A stretch of DNA of 64,000 bases from Eledone cirrhosa. Taxonomy: Eukaryota. The notes beneath the pieces are model-generated. The model was not told where the DNA came from. It worked only from the letters and a program-made list of their open reading frames with translations, and searched no databases. The stretch is taken from contig OZ024742.1 of the NCBI GenBank assembly GCA_964016885.1, forward strand, positions 99,820,001-99,884,000. The letters are read 5' to 3'. Position 1 is the first letter of the stretch. The number at the start of each line of letters is the position of its first letter. The position numbers were made by a program, and so were the translations under genes. This document shows positions 42,044 through 56,469 of this stretch, piece by piece.

Positions 42044-42389
42044 CGAGCTCAAAATATGACATTTAATTTTCCAAAGTGGTATAATGAAAAATTGATTATT
42101 ATAAACCTACTTTCAAAATCAAACTTAAAAAGATGTGGTTTGGTTCATGGCTTTCCTAGAGCTATTAGTAATATTTAGGGTCGACTTCTGGTCATTATTG
42201 AAAGTCTCTGGATTTCGCAAAATACATAATATTTGTTATGGTATTTTCCCGCACTGTTTGGTTTCCACTTATGTATTTTTCGAAAATGTTATTTGTTTAT
42301 TATAAAAATTAAATGATACCATTCTATATGTGGGTGGACCTCCTTCATATTCTGGCAAGCAATATTTTTAGACCCAGTCCGCCACTGTA

Positions 42390-42480
<91 letters not shown>

Positions 42481-42481
42481 C

Positions 42482-42516
<35 letters not shown>

Positions 42517-42517
<1 letters not shown>

Positions 42518-43471
42518 CGTGGGAAAGTAAAAAATCGGAGAATAGACCGTTAAAACATGTTTATTTAAAACAGCACCTACGTACGTTTCGCCCAGTTGGG
42601 CTTCTCAAGGGCATAACTAATCACAAGTGTACCTTATATTGCTCGGAAAGAGTTTTGGGGGTTAAATCCACATCAAGGTTCATTGCTCGCAAAAATATCT
42701 TGTTTTGATTTTGCAGCAGGTCAAGGGAGGCTTCTCCACGCACTGGGAGATTGTCGGCAGGGCTGCACCGTACAACTTCAAGAGGAAATGCGATCTTTGC
42801 CTCATGGAGCTCTACCACATCATAACTGCACCCCACGAGCTCATCAACAGCAGAGCTGAAACAGCGATAAGTTGTACACATCGCTTAAAAATATCCTTCT
42901 TCAGATGGGTTAAGGATGAAGAGTGAAACAGTACACTGGATCTCCCTGCAACAAGTCTTAACACCCCGGCGGGCAGGCGCTGCAAAATAACACCCAGGAT
43001 ACAATCCTTGCATACCAGACCCAGCCTCAGACAAACGGATGCGGCAAAAAAAAAAAAAAAAAAATTGTCCGGGAAAGACTGCCCTAACACCGGCCAGAGT
43101 TACCTCCCTTGACCTGCTGCAAAATCAAAACAAGATATTTTTGCGAGTAATGAACCTTGATGTGGATTTAACCCCAAAAACTCTTTCCGAGCAATATAAG
43201 GTACACTTGTGATTATTTATGCCCTTGAGAAGCCCAACTGGGCGAAACGTACGTAGGTGCTGTTTTAAATAAACATGTTTTAACGGTCTATTCTCCGATT
43301 TTTTACTTTCCCACGTGCTTACGCTCTGCTAACTCTCTAGCCCACTAAATATTAACACTTCGAATATTTAATACTGCCGGCACTAGTATCGAGCACCTTT
43401 GGCATACGCTCCTTGGCAAATAATTTTATGTATCACCTATCCCCCCTTTTTTTCCTTTCTCGATACGTAAA

Positions 43472-43472
<1 letters not shown>
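42517..43472 (+). mobile_element. 5'-truncated Hydra-like PLE with inverted 5' pLTR (arms of about 214 bp), in (TA)n
   Basis: Arms at 42517-42730 and 43103-43316; between them a GIY-YIG C-terminus HWEIV..KCDLCLMELYHI..INSRAE..SCTHR* (42731-42926); a tail (43317-43472) follows the right arm only. Confidence 0.88.
43221..43260 (+). ncRNA. Hammerhead ribozyme, U3:A8 core variant (mirror copy 42573-42612 on -)
   Basis: GCCC-TTGAGAA-GCCC-AACT-GGGC-GAAA-CGTACG-TA-GGTGC. Confidence 0.7.
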
Positions 43473-43521
<49 letters not shown>

Positions 43522-44141
43522 ATATCAAACTTTAACAGGAGATAATCGGTAGAGAATTTAAGAACACATAGTTCCGTAAGGTAACGTGTCTATATATATA
43601 TGCGGACGTTTGCATTTACATATTCACACACACAAACGAAAGAAAAGTGAAAATAAGTGAAAGAAGACGGATGAAAACACACAGTTTTTTCTCAAATAGT
43701 TTATGCATCGTGTTATAACCTCTCACGTTTCAAAAGTCATTCTGAAAACACAAGTCACATTTTTTTATAATATGAGGGGAACCACACACATATACAAACA
43801 CTATACCACCCAACAACAACAACCATGATAATAAGCGCAACAACAACAATAATAAAACAACAACAGCAGCAATAACAACAAAAGTGCTGAACAGAAGAAA
43901 CTAAATGGAAGACAAATCATTCGACAAAAAGTAATTTTGGAACCCAAACCACAGAAGAGAAATTAACAAAAGCAAACACGAATGATGAAACAAACAACAA
44001 TGAAAGAAAAACATTACTGAAACCTAACATACACAAACACACGTACACATATACATACATAGGTACATACATATATACATACATACATACATACATACAT
44101 ACACATACATATGTACATACATATGTACATACATACATATG

Positions 44142-44174
<33 letters not shown>

Positions 44175-44864
44175 GCATGTATATACAAACATACATACAT
44201 ATATACATGTATATACATACTTACATATATATATATGCATGCATATATACATACATACATACATATAAACGTACGTACATACATACATACTTACACACAT
44301 ACATACATATATACATGTCTATACATACATATGTATATATACATACATATATATACATGCGTATACACAGACACATACGTACATAAATACAGGTATATAC
44401 ATACATATATAAATATATACATACATACAATACCACACACCACACACACATCATATCACACAGCACACACCACATGCTACACACTCACACCACCACAAAC
44501 ACACATTATAGCACACACCACACAAACCCCATCAAATACGCCGCACACACACCAGAGTACACACACCAACACGAACATAGTCATTCACACATTAACACAT
44601 TTATGCATACATACTACATACACACACACACCACACTCTGCACCACACTCCGCACCACACAGTCACCACACACCACACGCCCACACCACCACACCCCACA
44701 TCCTCACACATACACACCACACAACACACACATACCAATTCACACACTAATATATATATATACACACAATACACTCACCAAACCACGCATACACACACAG
44801 CGGCACACCTAACCACACATCACGCCCCCACCCCCCTCATCACATACACATACACATACATACT

Positions 44865-46192
44865 TACACACCACACATCACACACCACACACCACACACC
44901 ACACATCACACACCACACACCACACACCACACATCACAATCCACACACACATCACCACACCACTCACCTCACCACACATCCATCACACCACACACCACAC
45001 ACCACATCACCTTCCACACCACACACTTACCACACACACATCACCACACCACTCACCTCACCACACATCCATCACACCACACACCACACACCACATCACC
45101 TTCCACACCACATCACCCTCCACACCACACACCACATCACACTCCACACCACATACCACATCACCCTCCACACGACACACTCACCACACCACACACCCCA
45201 GACTACACCCAAACACCCCATACCACACACCCCACACCACACTTCACACACCACACCACACACCACACCACACGACACACTCACCACACCACATACCCCA
45301 CACCACACTCCACACATCACATCACCCTCCACACCACACACCACACCACACACCACACACCACACCCCACATCACACCCCACACACCCCACACCACACAC
45401 CACACACCACACCACACACCACACCACACGACACACTCACCACACACCCCACACCACACTCCACACACCACATCACCCTCCACACCACACACCACACCAC
45501 ACACCACACTACACACCACACACACACCACACCACACACGACACCACACACACACCACACCACACACCACATACCCCACCACACCACCATCACACACCAC
45601 ACCACAAACCACACCGCACCACACACCACACCACACACCACACCACACCACACCACACACCACACCACACCACACACCACACCACACACCACACCAGATA
45701 CCACATACCACACACCACACACCACACCACACACCACACACCACATCACCTTCCACACCACATCACCCTCCACACCACACACCACATCACACTCCACACC
45801 ACATACCACATCACCCTCCACACGACACACTCACCACACCACACACCCCAGACCACACCCACACACCCCATACCACACACCCCACACCACACTTCACACA
45901 CCACACCACACACCACACCACACATAACACACTATTCCACACCACACACCACACACCACACACCACACACTACACCACACCACACACCGCACTACACCAC
46001 ACCACACACCACACACTACACCACACATCTTACCACACACCACACACCTTACCACAAACCACACCACACACCACACACCACACACCACACCACAAACTAC
46101 ACACCACACACCACACACCACAGACCACACCACACACCACACCACACACTACACCACACACCACACCACACACCACACACCACACCACACAC
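44865..46192 (+). repeat. Complex (CACCA/CACAC)n satellite with internal higher-order duplication
   Basis: About 1.3 kb almost free of G; block ~45085-45265 recurs at ~45735-45920. Confidence 0.9.
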
Positions 46193-46697
46193 GTTATCAC
46201 ACATTATACAACTGCACATGCACAAACTCATTCACAAACAAACTCACCACAGACACCCCACCGCCACCCCCACCCCCACACACACACATATAACACAATA
46301 TAGGCATACACACCACAGACACACACATCTCAGACATACAGACACACACAGACACACACAACAGAGACAAACACCACACAAACATCACACACTCTATAAA
46401 AACTTAAATCAACCCCCTCTGCCGCAAACAAGAAATGGATTTTTCGTTTAACTGTTTCTTTAGCTCTTGTTATTGTTTCTGTTGTTACACTTGATGTTTA
46501 TTGTTGTTTATGCTGTTGTTTTCCGTTCAGATTATTTGCTGTGTTAATTAAAATGACATTATGTGTATTCAGTGCAGTTATTTTTCTTCTTAGTTGTTAT
46601 TTATTTTAATTAATTGTTTTTGTTTTCTAACCAGTATTTAACTTGTAAAATACTATATTATCAATTAAAATATTAGTAGTATATTATATTACTTTGC

Positions 46698-47022
46698 ATT
46701 ATATTATACTATATTATATTATATTATATTATATTATATTATATTATATTATATTATATTATATTATATTATATTATATTAGATTAGATTATATTATACT
46801 ATATTATATTATATTATAGTATGTGGCGGTGGATAGTTACGTCCCTTTACGATCTGAGTTCAAAACCCACCGAGGTTGACTTTGCCTTTCATCCTTACGG
46901 GGTCGATAAAATAAAGTACCAGTAATGCACTGGAAAATTGCTGGCCTTGTGCCTAAAGTAGAAACCATTATATTATATTATATTATACTATATTATATTA
47001 TACTATATTATATTATATTATT
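46698..47022 (+). repeat. (TATTA)n array interrupted by a SINE (46822-46968, +)
   Basis: Pentamer runs on both sides of an internally deleted SINE. Confidence 0.88.
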
Positions 47023-48064
47023 TAGAATTCTTCATTGTTTGTATTTCCCTTTTTGTCTCAACGTTTTTTTTTTTCTTAATAAATAGTTTGTAATTTATAT
47101 CAGGCTAACTGAACTAAATGGCATTGGTCGTGTTTCTTTATACCTAAAATAAATATAATCACACGAATTCATTATAATCTGGATGAATTATTTTAGAAAT
47201 GGCATAAAAAGTCAATGGGTGAGGGTGCTGCAGTACTCCGTCTCCAAATGCAGGAACCAATGTCTCATCTTGCAGTGAAACGACTCTGTAGGCCATAATC
47301 GACTATCACAACAAAGTTACCTGTGGCTAGTTATAGGTGACGAGCTCCTGGACAATAAAGCCAAATTAGTGGAATTTGTTGTGATTCAAACACCGTTGTC
47401 AAACATAACAGTTCATATTCATTGTATTTAATAAATTTTTCGTCTTCTCTCTCGAACGAAATGTAGCGGCTCGTTTTCGCATCAGCTTCATTTAACTTCC
47501 TCGTAATATCATTACTTTTCTTTCCTTAGTATCTACTCCAATGACGAAAACCAGCCGCTCGTCAGGGAACGATCATTTATTTGAAATTGTTATATACAAC
47601 CAATTCAGAAGATGGTTCAAACTGGGCTTAGAAATTAGAATGGTAAGAACTATAAATACTGTACTCTAGTAGCTTCTGTTTTTGTCACTGCTGGTCCGAA
47701 CCAACCCCTAGCATATAGGGATGAATAAGCTCTAGAACCTGAAGAGATACTGTAGCAAGAACAATTATGAAGCTCCCACTCAAATCTCCAGCATGACACA
47801 GAGGAAACATTAATTAAAAACACACTACTTCACAGGAAAATGTTAGCGACCAACCACAGCACTGAAAACCAACACCATATCACACGAAGATCTAGAGTTC
47901 GGAATGTAAATACAATGTAAATACAAACAATACCTCTTAACCGATAACAGAAGCAACAGCAAGTGATGAATGACCGGGCTGCTGGCAACATTTTTGTCCT
48001 CTAAGCTAAGCTATTTTATAGCAACTGACTAGACTGGCAATTATTTTCTGAGCTCGAGCATACT

Positions 48065-48109
<45 letters not shown>

Positions 48110-48237
48110 TTGCGAGGTTTTTGATATGAAATCGTGTGTCGAAACAAATATTGTTCTACTTGAGGAGAGTCATATTTGTGTAATAATATTGCCAGAATTA
48201 ATAACAGAACACACTCACTGAGGGTACTTGCAGAAAC

Positions 48238-48992
48238 ATGACAACAACATACATAGGTGAGACAGCTCATAGCATAGGTGAAATGATAGACCAATACTGG
48301 GGGGAACTAAAAGGACGAAAAAACGGTTCAGTACTATACGAACATGCCAGACAACAACACGACGGTAACATAGACAACATAGAAATTAGAATAATATCTA
48401 AACATAGAAATGACCCAGCAGATAGGAAAATCAGAGAGGCCAGCGAAATAGAACTTAGAAGGCCAAGGCTAAAGAGAAAAAATAAATGGAATAACAACAA
48501 CACCCAAACAAACAACACTGACCTAAGAAAAGTATAAATAAATAAATAAATACATACACAAGCACAATAACAACAAACACATATAAACACACACTAATAA
48601 ACTAAGATAGAATACAATGACCAATACACAGTCACCCAAACACGAACACACATCAAACAAAACACTATACACACGCGCAAACGCATGCGCAGAGAAGACA
48701 ACAAATAAATAAATAAACAGACTAAATAAAGATGGCGTAGGCATACAATGCAACGGGAGGAAACATAATAGCACCACTGACGATGTTGCAGATGTGCAAC
48801 GAAAGAAGTTTGTTAGACTATATATATGTGTTTGTGTCTATATTGTATCTGTATTTTTGACCGCTGGTCAGTCAATGGTAACATTGAGGACCGATTAAAT
48901 TAAATTAACCGATATAAAAGACACAGAAGCGAAAACCAACCAAACAGTGGCAATATTATTACACAAATATGACCCTCCCCAAGTATAACAAT
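48238..48992 (+). mobile_element. Naiad-like PLE 3' fragment (GIY-YIG + pLTR)
   Basis: YIGETAHSIGE..SVLYEHARQQH..RKIREASEI..LKRKNKWN; UTR homologous to 40-280; ends at (TA)n. Confidence 0.85.
48773..48814 (+). ncRNA. Hammerhead ribozyme, degenerate stems I and III
   Basis: CTGACGA-T-GTTGCA-GATG-TGCAAC-GAAA at the position homologous to 182-224. Confidence 0.65.
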
Positions 48993-49161
48993 ATATATAT
49001 ATAGGGTCTGACGACATGGTGTGTTTGCTTACAGTGTACCTTCGGTTTATGATAATATTTTTGTATTATTCAAATAGCGAGGTATAGGTAACCCATACAC
49101 TATAGAAACAATTGTTACCTAATAAATTCTTTATACCCACATTTCCGTTTCATAAACTTCT

Positions 49162-49342
<181 letters not shown>

Positions 49343-49521
49343 TAGAAACAGGTTTTTTTACAAAATGAAAAAAAAACGAGGTCTTCTACACGAGTGAAAG
49401 TATAAGGAAAAAAAATGAAATCGAAAATGCAACTGGAGTCCTTTTTTTATAAAAATATATATTTATTTGCTTCCTTTACCGATTTACTGCTTTTCAAAAG
49501 TAGAATTGAGATGGAGGGTTT

Positions 49522-50005
49522 GTGGTTTTTCTCACATCTATATATAATTTAGAACTATCAGGAATAGCCCCACATATCCTTCAACTTAAAGAAAGAGCAC
49601 CCATCACGTTATTGAGGTATTTGGACCCACCAAGGCTATGCAACGATACTCTATTGGTTGTGAAAAATATGTACCGGCACGTGATTCAAGGATGTGGTAG
49701 GAGTGAGGGTGCGTTCGTTCCAAGAATTCCTCTTATCCCGACTGATATGCCATTTCAATTCAAAAGACTTCCATTTCCAGTGAGTCTTAGTTTCCCCATG
49801 ACCAACAACAAATCACAAGGACATTTCCTGTTGCCGGTTTACACCTTGAAACCGTACTTCACTCATGGTTAGCTTTTCCTTGGAGGTCCTCGTCAAGAAG
49901 AAAAGCCTTCAGGGGAGACATGGTCTGACATGGAACAAAAAAAAATTGAAATAAAGGCATATGATTGCGAATTTTTCCCGGCAACGACAGGTTACTCAGC
50001 TGGTA
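49522..50005 (+). mobile_element. Helitron 3' fragment with PIF1-like helicase remnant
   Basis: SGIAPHILQLK..LLRYLDPPRLCN..PRIPLIP..FKRLPFPV..MTNNKSQG..FTHG; 3' CCCGGCAACGACAGG..CTGGT end. Confidence 0.85.
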
Positions 50006-50730
50006 TATATGTAAAGGCTAACAATGAAACACACACACACATACACCGCATATATATTTATAAGTGTGTGTGTGCGTGTGTGTGTGTTAAGTATTTCCGT
50101 AGAAAGGGTTAAGGAAAGAAGGTTGCTCAATGTATAGTACAGAGCTATTTAATTACTATAATAAACAACACAATATAATGTAATTATACATATATATGTG
50201 CGTGTATGATGTGTGGTGTATGTGGGGAGGTGTATGTGTATGTGTGTGTGCGTGTGTGTGTGTTTCAGTTTTACTCGTGTAGTTTTATCGATAGATCCTA
50301 CCTGTAGTGTGATTGTCTACTAAGATAATACTTTTATACATATGCATCTGGAAAATGACTCTATATTCCACAATAAAAATTCAATATCATCACGCAAAAA
50401 TATGACTCCTGAGTAGGTTAAATAATATCGTATCCCGGTGCGCACATCAAAATTGATTCATATGTAAAAAAAAAATTGCGCTCTTTTACGGAAAAGATAA
50501 ATATACAAAAATGACGGGGTAGAGGCAAATTGTCAGCTTTTTAGAAGTAAACAACCAGTAGCAACTCTATAGGGCATAGACAACTATTAAAGAATAACAG
50601 AGATTCTAATGGAAGAAATAATGAGAACGCTAGGTACATAGAGGAATGCAGACGTTTGAATATCTTAATTAGTCGCCTGAAAGATCACAGATTCTGAAAC
50701 TACAGTCACAGACAATTCTACACCATACAC

Positions 50731-50888
<158 letters not shown>

Positions 50889-51144
50889 GTGTGCGTGTGT
50901 GTTTATGTATATATGTATTTCGTTTATATATGTATTTGCATAACCATCACCATCACCCTTACCATCTTTATCGTTAGGCTATATTTCCTCTTGGGCTATA
51001 TTTTTCGCATAACTTACCGGATCATTTTATTATTGGCTAATGGTTATGTTCCTAAAGTATGTGCATTTCTCTATATAAGAATGTATATATTTATATATAC
51101 ACATACATATATAAGTATAATAAGTATATATAATATATTATATG

Positions 51145-51248
<104 letters not shown>

Positions 51249-51382
51249 TTCTTTAGTGTGTATATGTGTTTATGTTCCAGAAATATCTGCATTTCTGTAT
51301 ATAAGAATATATATATATATATACAGGCACATGTTTTTTAGTGTGCACGTGTGCGCGCGTGTACGGATTTGTGCGCATTACA

Positions 51383-51416
<34 letters not shown>

Positions 51417-51719
51417 AATATATATATATGTATGTGTGTGTGTGTGTGTGTGTAGATATTATGGATATGTGTATGTGTTTGCATCAATAATAACAAAAAA
51501 CGATGAAAATAATTATAATGATGATTTCTTACCATAATCAAGGGTTCAGATCACGGAGAACATTATGACAACACAGGATGAAAATTAGAGTGTGTGTATG
51601 TGAGTGTTGGTGTAGAGGATTTGAGTGTAAACCAACGTAATAATTTTAAAAAGACATCAATAAAGTGGAGTGATACGCCAACTTCAGCTTTCTGTAACTT
51701 GAAGAAAAGGCGTAGGTGT

Positions 51720-52293
51720 AAAAACTAAACTCGCTATCTTCGATTCAATATTCGTGCAAAAATGAGTAATGACAAAAACAATACGATCGCAAACACAAGT
51801 GGGTAATTTAGGATTTCTCCAAAGGGTCGCTAGAGTAACGTCACTCGATAAAGTTTGTAGCTTGGAGATCAGGGAATCACTTCAGGTAAAGCCACTACTT
51901 CTCCGAACTGAGAGATCACAGCTCCGATACTATCGGCATGTGGTTAGAATGTCTCAGGAAAGAATCGCTGGACATATTTTACAGGCGAAACAAACAGGTA
52001 GGAGACTCAGGGGTAGACATCAAGCAAGATGGTTGGATAACATGCATGCGCTTGACTGGCCACGCTTTGGGTTCCAGCCGGGTCAGTTGGAGACGGTTGC
52101 TTCCGACTGGACCCACTGGAAGGAGTAATTAAGGACTCTGCGCCCACGACGCTCTGAGGTGAAGAAGAAGAAGAAGAAGAAGAAGAAGAAGAAGAAGAAG
52201 AAGAAGAAGAAGAAGAAGAAGAAGAAGAAGAAGAAGAAGAAGAAGAAGAAGAAGAAGAAGAAGAAGAAGAAGAAGAAGAAGAAGAAGAAGAAG
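51720..52293 (+). mobile_element. RTE-clade LINE 3' fragment with (GAA)n tail
   Basis: FLQRVARVTSLDKV..IRESLQV..QLRYYRHVVRM..GRRLRGRHQARWLD; (GAA)n at 52161-52293. Confidence 0.85.
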
Positions 52294-52374
52294 ATCAACA
52301 ATGTTAAAACAACGGAGATTCCTCAATAGGGAGGAGACATTCGAAAAACCCCATAAAACTATCTACCTAGATAT

Positions 52375-52680
52375 CTACCCTAGAACCTCTTTCGCCATGG
52401 CCATAAGAGAGATAAAAATAGCTAGCTCTTCCTGACTAAAGGAAGGCAGTGGGGTAATCTGCACAAAGGACTCGGATGGTAGCTGGATTCGTCCTATATA
52501 CGACAGTATGTTTTCGACATAAACCCACAAGTCAGCAATGCTGGGATACTGGACAATTGCGTGCAGGACGGTTTCGCTGCCTTGCACGCATCTCGGACAG
52601 GCTCGGCTAACGGCATTTCCATGCCCATAGTGTTTATCACGAACTTGCGGAGTTCCCCGATAGCACTACCAGGCCATAAT
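52375..52680 (-). mobile_element. Tx1/L1-clade ORF2 C-terminal zinc-knuckle fragment
   Basis: CPRCVQGSETVLHAIVQYPSIADLW. Confidence 0.65.
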
Positions 52681-52842
52681 ATGTATATGAAGTATAGTAT
52701 CGATTGCTATTGTGCATTTTTGTACCATTTATTGCACAGGCAACTATAACATTTATATGCAAATAATCCTTTCTTTCTGAAATAGTTCCTCTTAATTATT
52801 TTCGTTCCGTGGAATTGCCACGTGTCTCGTTAGTAATAATAA

Positions 52843-53022
52843 TTATTTCTACATTTGGCACAAGGCCAGCAATTATCCCAGGTCATTACTGGTACTGTAT
52901 TTCAATGACCCCGTAAGGATGAAAGGCAAAGTTAACCTCGGCGGGATTTGAACTCAGAACTTAAAGTGCCATAACTCTCTACTTCGAAGCACAGTGTCTG
53001 ACGCTCTACCGACACTGCCAAT
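52843..53022 (-). mobile_element. tRNA-derived SINE
   Basis: Family consensus. Confidence 0.85.
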
Positions 53023-53456
53023 AATAAAATAACAACACTAGTAACAATAACATAATGTCTGTTCCAATGTTTTGTAACGTTTCAATTTTGTCTGAGTGTC
53101 TCTCGCTTCACAAGCTACAATTATAGCACAGTGCTATCTTTATGAAACTACCCAAGTCTCTTGAGGTCGGGATAAAATATTGTTTACATCATTTCGGAAC
53201 CTATAATATTAAGGATATATTTCCAGTTTTAGAATGTTTCCAAACAAGGGAAGCCTCCCTTGCAGCCCCTTGGGTCTTATTGCGAAATAAAGAACAGAAT
53301 TAAAATCCACCCGTGTAATGGACAATTAGACAAGGGGAATAAGTTGCTGGTATGCTAATGCGTTTGGCTTCTGTTTTTACTCTACTGTATATGTATGTAT
53401 ACATGTATATATGTATATATGTATGTATGTATATACACACGTATATATATACGCAC

Positions 53457-53512
<56 letters not shown>

Positions 53513-53566
53513 GTCTATATATATATATATATAGACATATATATATATGTCTATATATATAGAGAC

Positions 53567-53634
<68 letters not shown>

Positions 53635-53949
53635 ATGTGTGCGTGCGTATGTGTGTATGTGCGTGTGTGTGTATATGTGTGTGTGTGTTTGTGAAGCATT
53701 TAACTCAAAGCTAACACATAAACATTTCATAACCCGCTCAACGGTCCTAAATATATATATATGCAGTGATTGTATGTATGGCAAATATTTTTGGATCTAT
53801 ATTAGTAGAAATAGACACTGATGAATTAAGAAGACGTAATTTAATATGGTTTATATGTATTGTAAATTTGAGATAGGACTTCCGAGGAGCGATAACAAGA
53901 AGGACCAGTTTCACATGAGCAAAGTCCCCCCTTCGTGTATTTAGATCTC

Positions 53950-53982
<33 letters not shown>

Positions 53983-54207
53983 GTTTGTGTGTGTGTGTGT
54001 CTGTTCGTGTGTGTGTGCGTGTGTGTGTGTGCGTGTGTGTGTGTGTTTGTGTGTGTGTGTGTCTGTTTGTGTGTGTGTGCGTGTGTCTGTGTGCGTGTGT
54101 GTGTGTGTTTGTGTGTGTGTGTGAGTCTGTATGTCTGTCTGTCTGTCTGTGTGAATTTATAGACGTAGGAACCATTATGATTTTGATATTACATTCGCCA
54201 CACTGCA

Positions 54208-54411
54208 TATATCTATAATAATTGTTTCTACTTTTGCCACACAGCCAGCAATTATCCCAGTACATTACCGGTGCTTTATTTTATCGACCCCGTAAGGATG
54301 AAAGGCAAATTTAATCTCGACGGGATTTGAACTCAGACAGTAAAGGGACATAACTATGCTGGAAAGCATGGCGTCCCACTCTCTACCGATACTGCCAATA
54401 TCTAGAATAAT
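54208..54411 (-). mobile_element. tRNA-derived SINE with TSD of about 14 bp
   Basis: Flanks ATATCTATAATAAT / ATATCTAGAATAAT. Confidence 0.85.
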
Positions 54412-54439
54412 AGGTACTGAACTCATCTGCAATAATTGA

Positions 54440-55460
54440 CGTGACAGGACCGGCTAGCAATAGGCTAAACTCCCTGTGGCATTCATTGGGACAGTTTCAG
54501 CTTCCCTCTTGACTTGGTACAGCCGGACTCTCTCTCCCCAACCTCCTCCAGGCATATATTCATCAATGAGATCCTCTACAAGCCGACAGAATCTAGTATG
54601 GCCGGGGATCTGGGATCAGCTCTGGCTGATTGATCGCGTAATGCCTTGCCATCCCCCAGTATACCGATATCCAACGTAAATGGGACGGTCTCTAGTGCTT
54701 GTTCACCTACAGGCGGATCGAGTCTTCCTTGGACCACCTCGCAATCAAACAGTGACGCTTCGCACAAATCGGTGCCATCATCAACCAGTTCCTTTCTTGA
54801 TGATGAATACTTCCCCATTGGAGTGGTACAGCTCGGCATCCTCGTATTTGAGCCACACAAATTCCGTTAAAGCATGTTGTTGACGAGTTTGGTCTGCATC
54901 CTGGTGCCGGCCTCTCTGCAGGCTGGTTCCCCCGTCGCACCGTTATGAACAACACCATCAGAAGGAGCCTCGAAACAGACAGTTTCCCTTCCGAGTTGGA
55001 GAGGTCTGAACTCGACGGTAGCGATGGCAAACGCTCTGGTGAATTAATCCTATTCCCTTTCGAGACGTTCTCTGCCTCCAACATTGACGCTTCGGCTACA
55101 AATCCCGGCTCCATTGCCCTCAATGCAGAGAGAGCTAGATAGTTAAATACTGGGGCCTGCTTCCTCTTTGTACCGGTTACCGTCGAGTCCACAGGTGTCC
55201 AACTTCCTTACACTGCTGATTTCCTCCGTAAAATCAGAAAGACGGCGGTCTGCTTAAAGAGGAAGCACCGTGAGGTAGGGTTGTATTGCAGCGGGAGTAA
55301 CGTCTTTGCTATGTTATCCACGGATTTTGGCTGAAACACCACTCAGACTGGGGTGGAGTGTCTGTTCGCCCCCCTCTTCCTTTCTTTCGTTGCTTGATTC
55401 TTTTTTCTTTTTCTTCTTTTTACTTCCCTACTTCCTTTTTCCCCTCTTTTGTGTTCCATT
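54440..55460 (+). mobile_element. CRE-clade LINE 3' portion (decayed)
   Basis: VDEFGLH, MNNTIRRSL..DGKRSGELILFPF, FVPVTVESTG..FLRKI; T-rich tail. Confidence 0.72.
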
Positions 55461-55723
55461 TATTAGTGTGTTTTATAAAAGGGTTGTATCAGTAGATCAA
55501 GTTATATATAAAACATTTATTACAAAATAGTTGATAAATATAAATAATAATTGAATGAATTAAATAACTTATTTCAGGTGGCGAAGCATCGTTATCTCGG
55601 CATAGGAGATTTGCGGAGTTCCATATCCCGGAGTCATCTCTGTCCAATTTCTTTCGTCAACAGATTTACTTTACTCGATCTATCCAACTACTGTTTATTG
55701 TGGAGATCATAATTATATATATA

Positions 55724-55860
55724 AGGCGAGTGGCTAAGTGGTTAGAGGGTTGGGTTCGCAATCGTGAAACCAGGCGATGCGTTATGTCCTTGGCAAGACA
55801 CTTTATTTCACGTTGCTCCGTCTACCTGGTGTTGCGACCAATAGGTAGTATTAGCTATTG
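55724..55860 (+). mobile_element. Second SINE family (CORE-like)
   Basis: GGCGAGTGGCTAAGTGGTTAGAG head, TGTCCTTGGCAAGACACTTTATTTCACGTTGCTCC; related copies at ~10790-10900 and ~18420-18545. Confidence 0.6.
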
Positions 55861-55914
55861 GAAAGACCAATGGAAACATTATTTCCCTGGTCCGATTTGA
55901 CGAAAGTCGATCAG

Positions 55915-55986
<72 letters not shown>

Positions 55987-56133
55987 ATAATAGTAGAACA
56001 CTGGTGGGTTTTATGAGTAGTAGTAGAACACTCAATCCATGGGACGAGTTTGGTGTAAGTAGTTCCACAACAGTTAATTAACCATTTCCGAGGACAATTG
56101 TTTCACCTAACGGATCATATATATATATATATA

Positions 56134-56268
56134 TATTAAAATAACAGATTAAAGTTTAAGCAAAGAATCGGTGCTTTCACCTTTAACGGGATCTTGTGAA
56201 ACTCAGAAGATCCCGTTAAGAGTGAAAGCAGCGATTCTTTGCTTAAACTTTAATCTGTTATTTTAATA
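56134..56268. mobile_element. Palindromic mini-element in (TA)n with hammerhead-like arms; single-arm copy at 59921-59990
   Basis: Inverted arms of about 65 bp meeting at GTGAAACTCAG. Confidence 0.8.
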
Positions 56269-56276
56269 TATATATA

Positions 56277-56462
56277 TAATTGTTTCTACTTGTTGGCACA
56301 AGGCCAGCAATTAACCAGTACATTACTGGTACTTTATTTTATCGACCCCGTAAGGATGAAAGGCAAAGTTAACCTCGGCGGGATTTGAACTCAGAATGGC
56401 ATGGGCCGTAACTCTATGCGTCAAAGCATGGCGTCCGACCCTCTACCGATACTGCCAATTCA
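56277..56462 (-). mobile_element. tRNA-derived SINE
   Basis: Family consensus. Confidence 0.88.
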
Positions 56463-56469
56463 CAATGTT

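Noticed and set aside
44865-46192. Interstitial telomere (TG1-3-like)
   Set aside because: No TTAGGG units; the resemblance to yeast telomeric repeats is probably coincidental.
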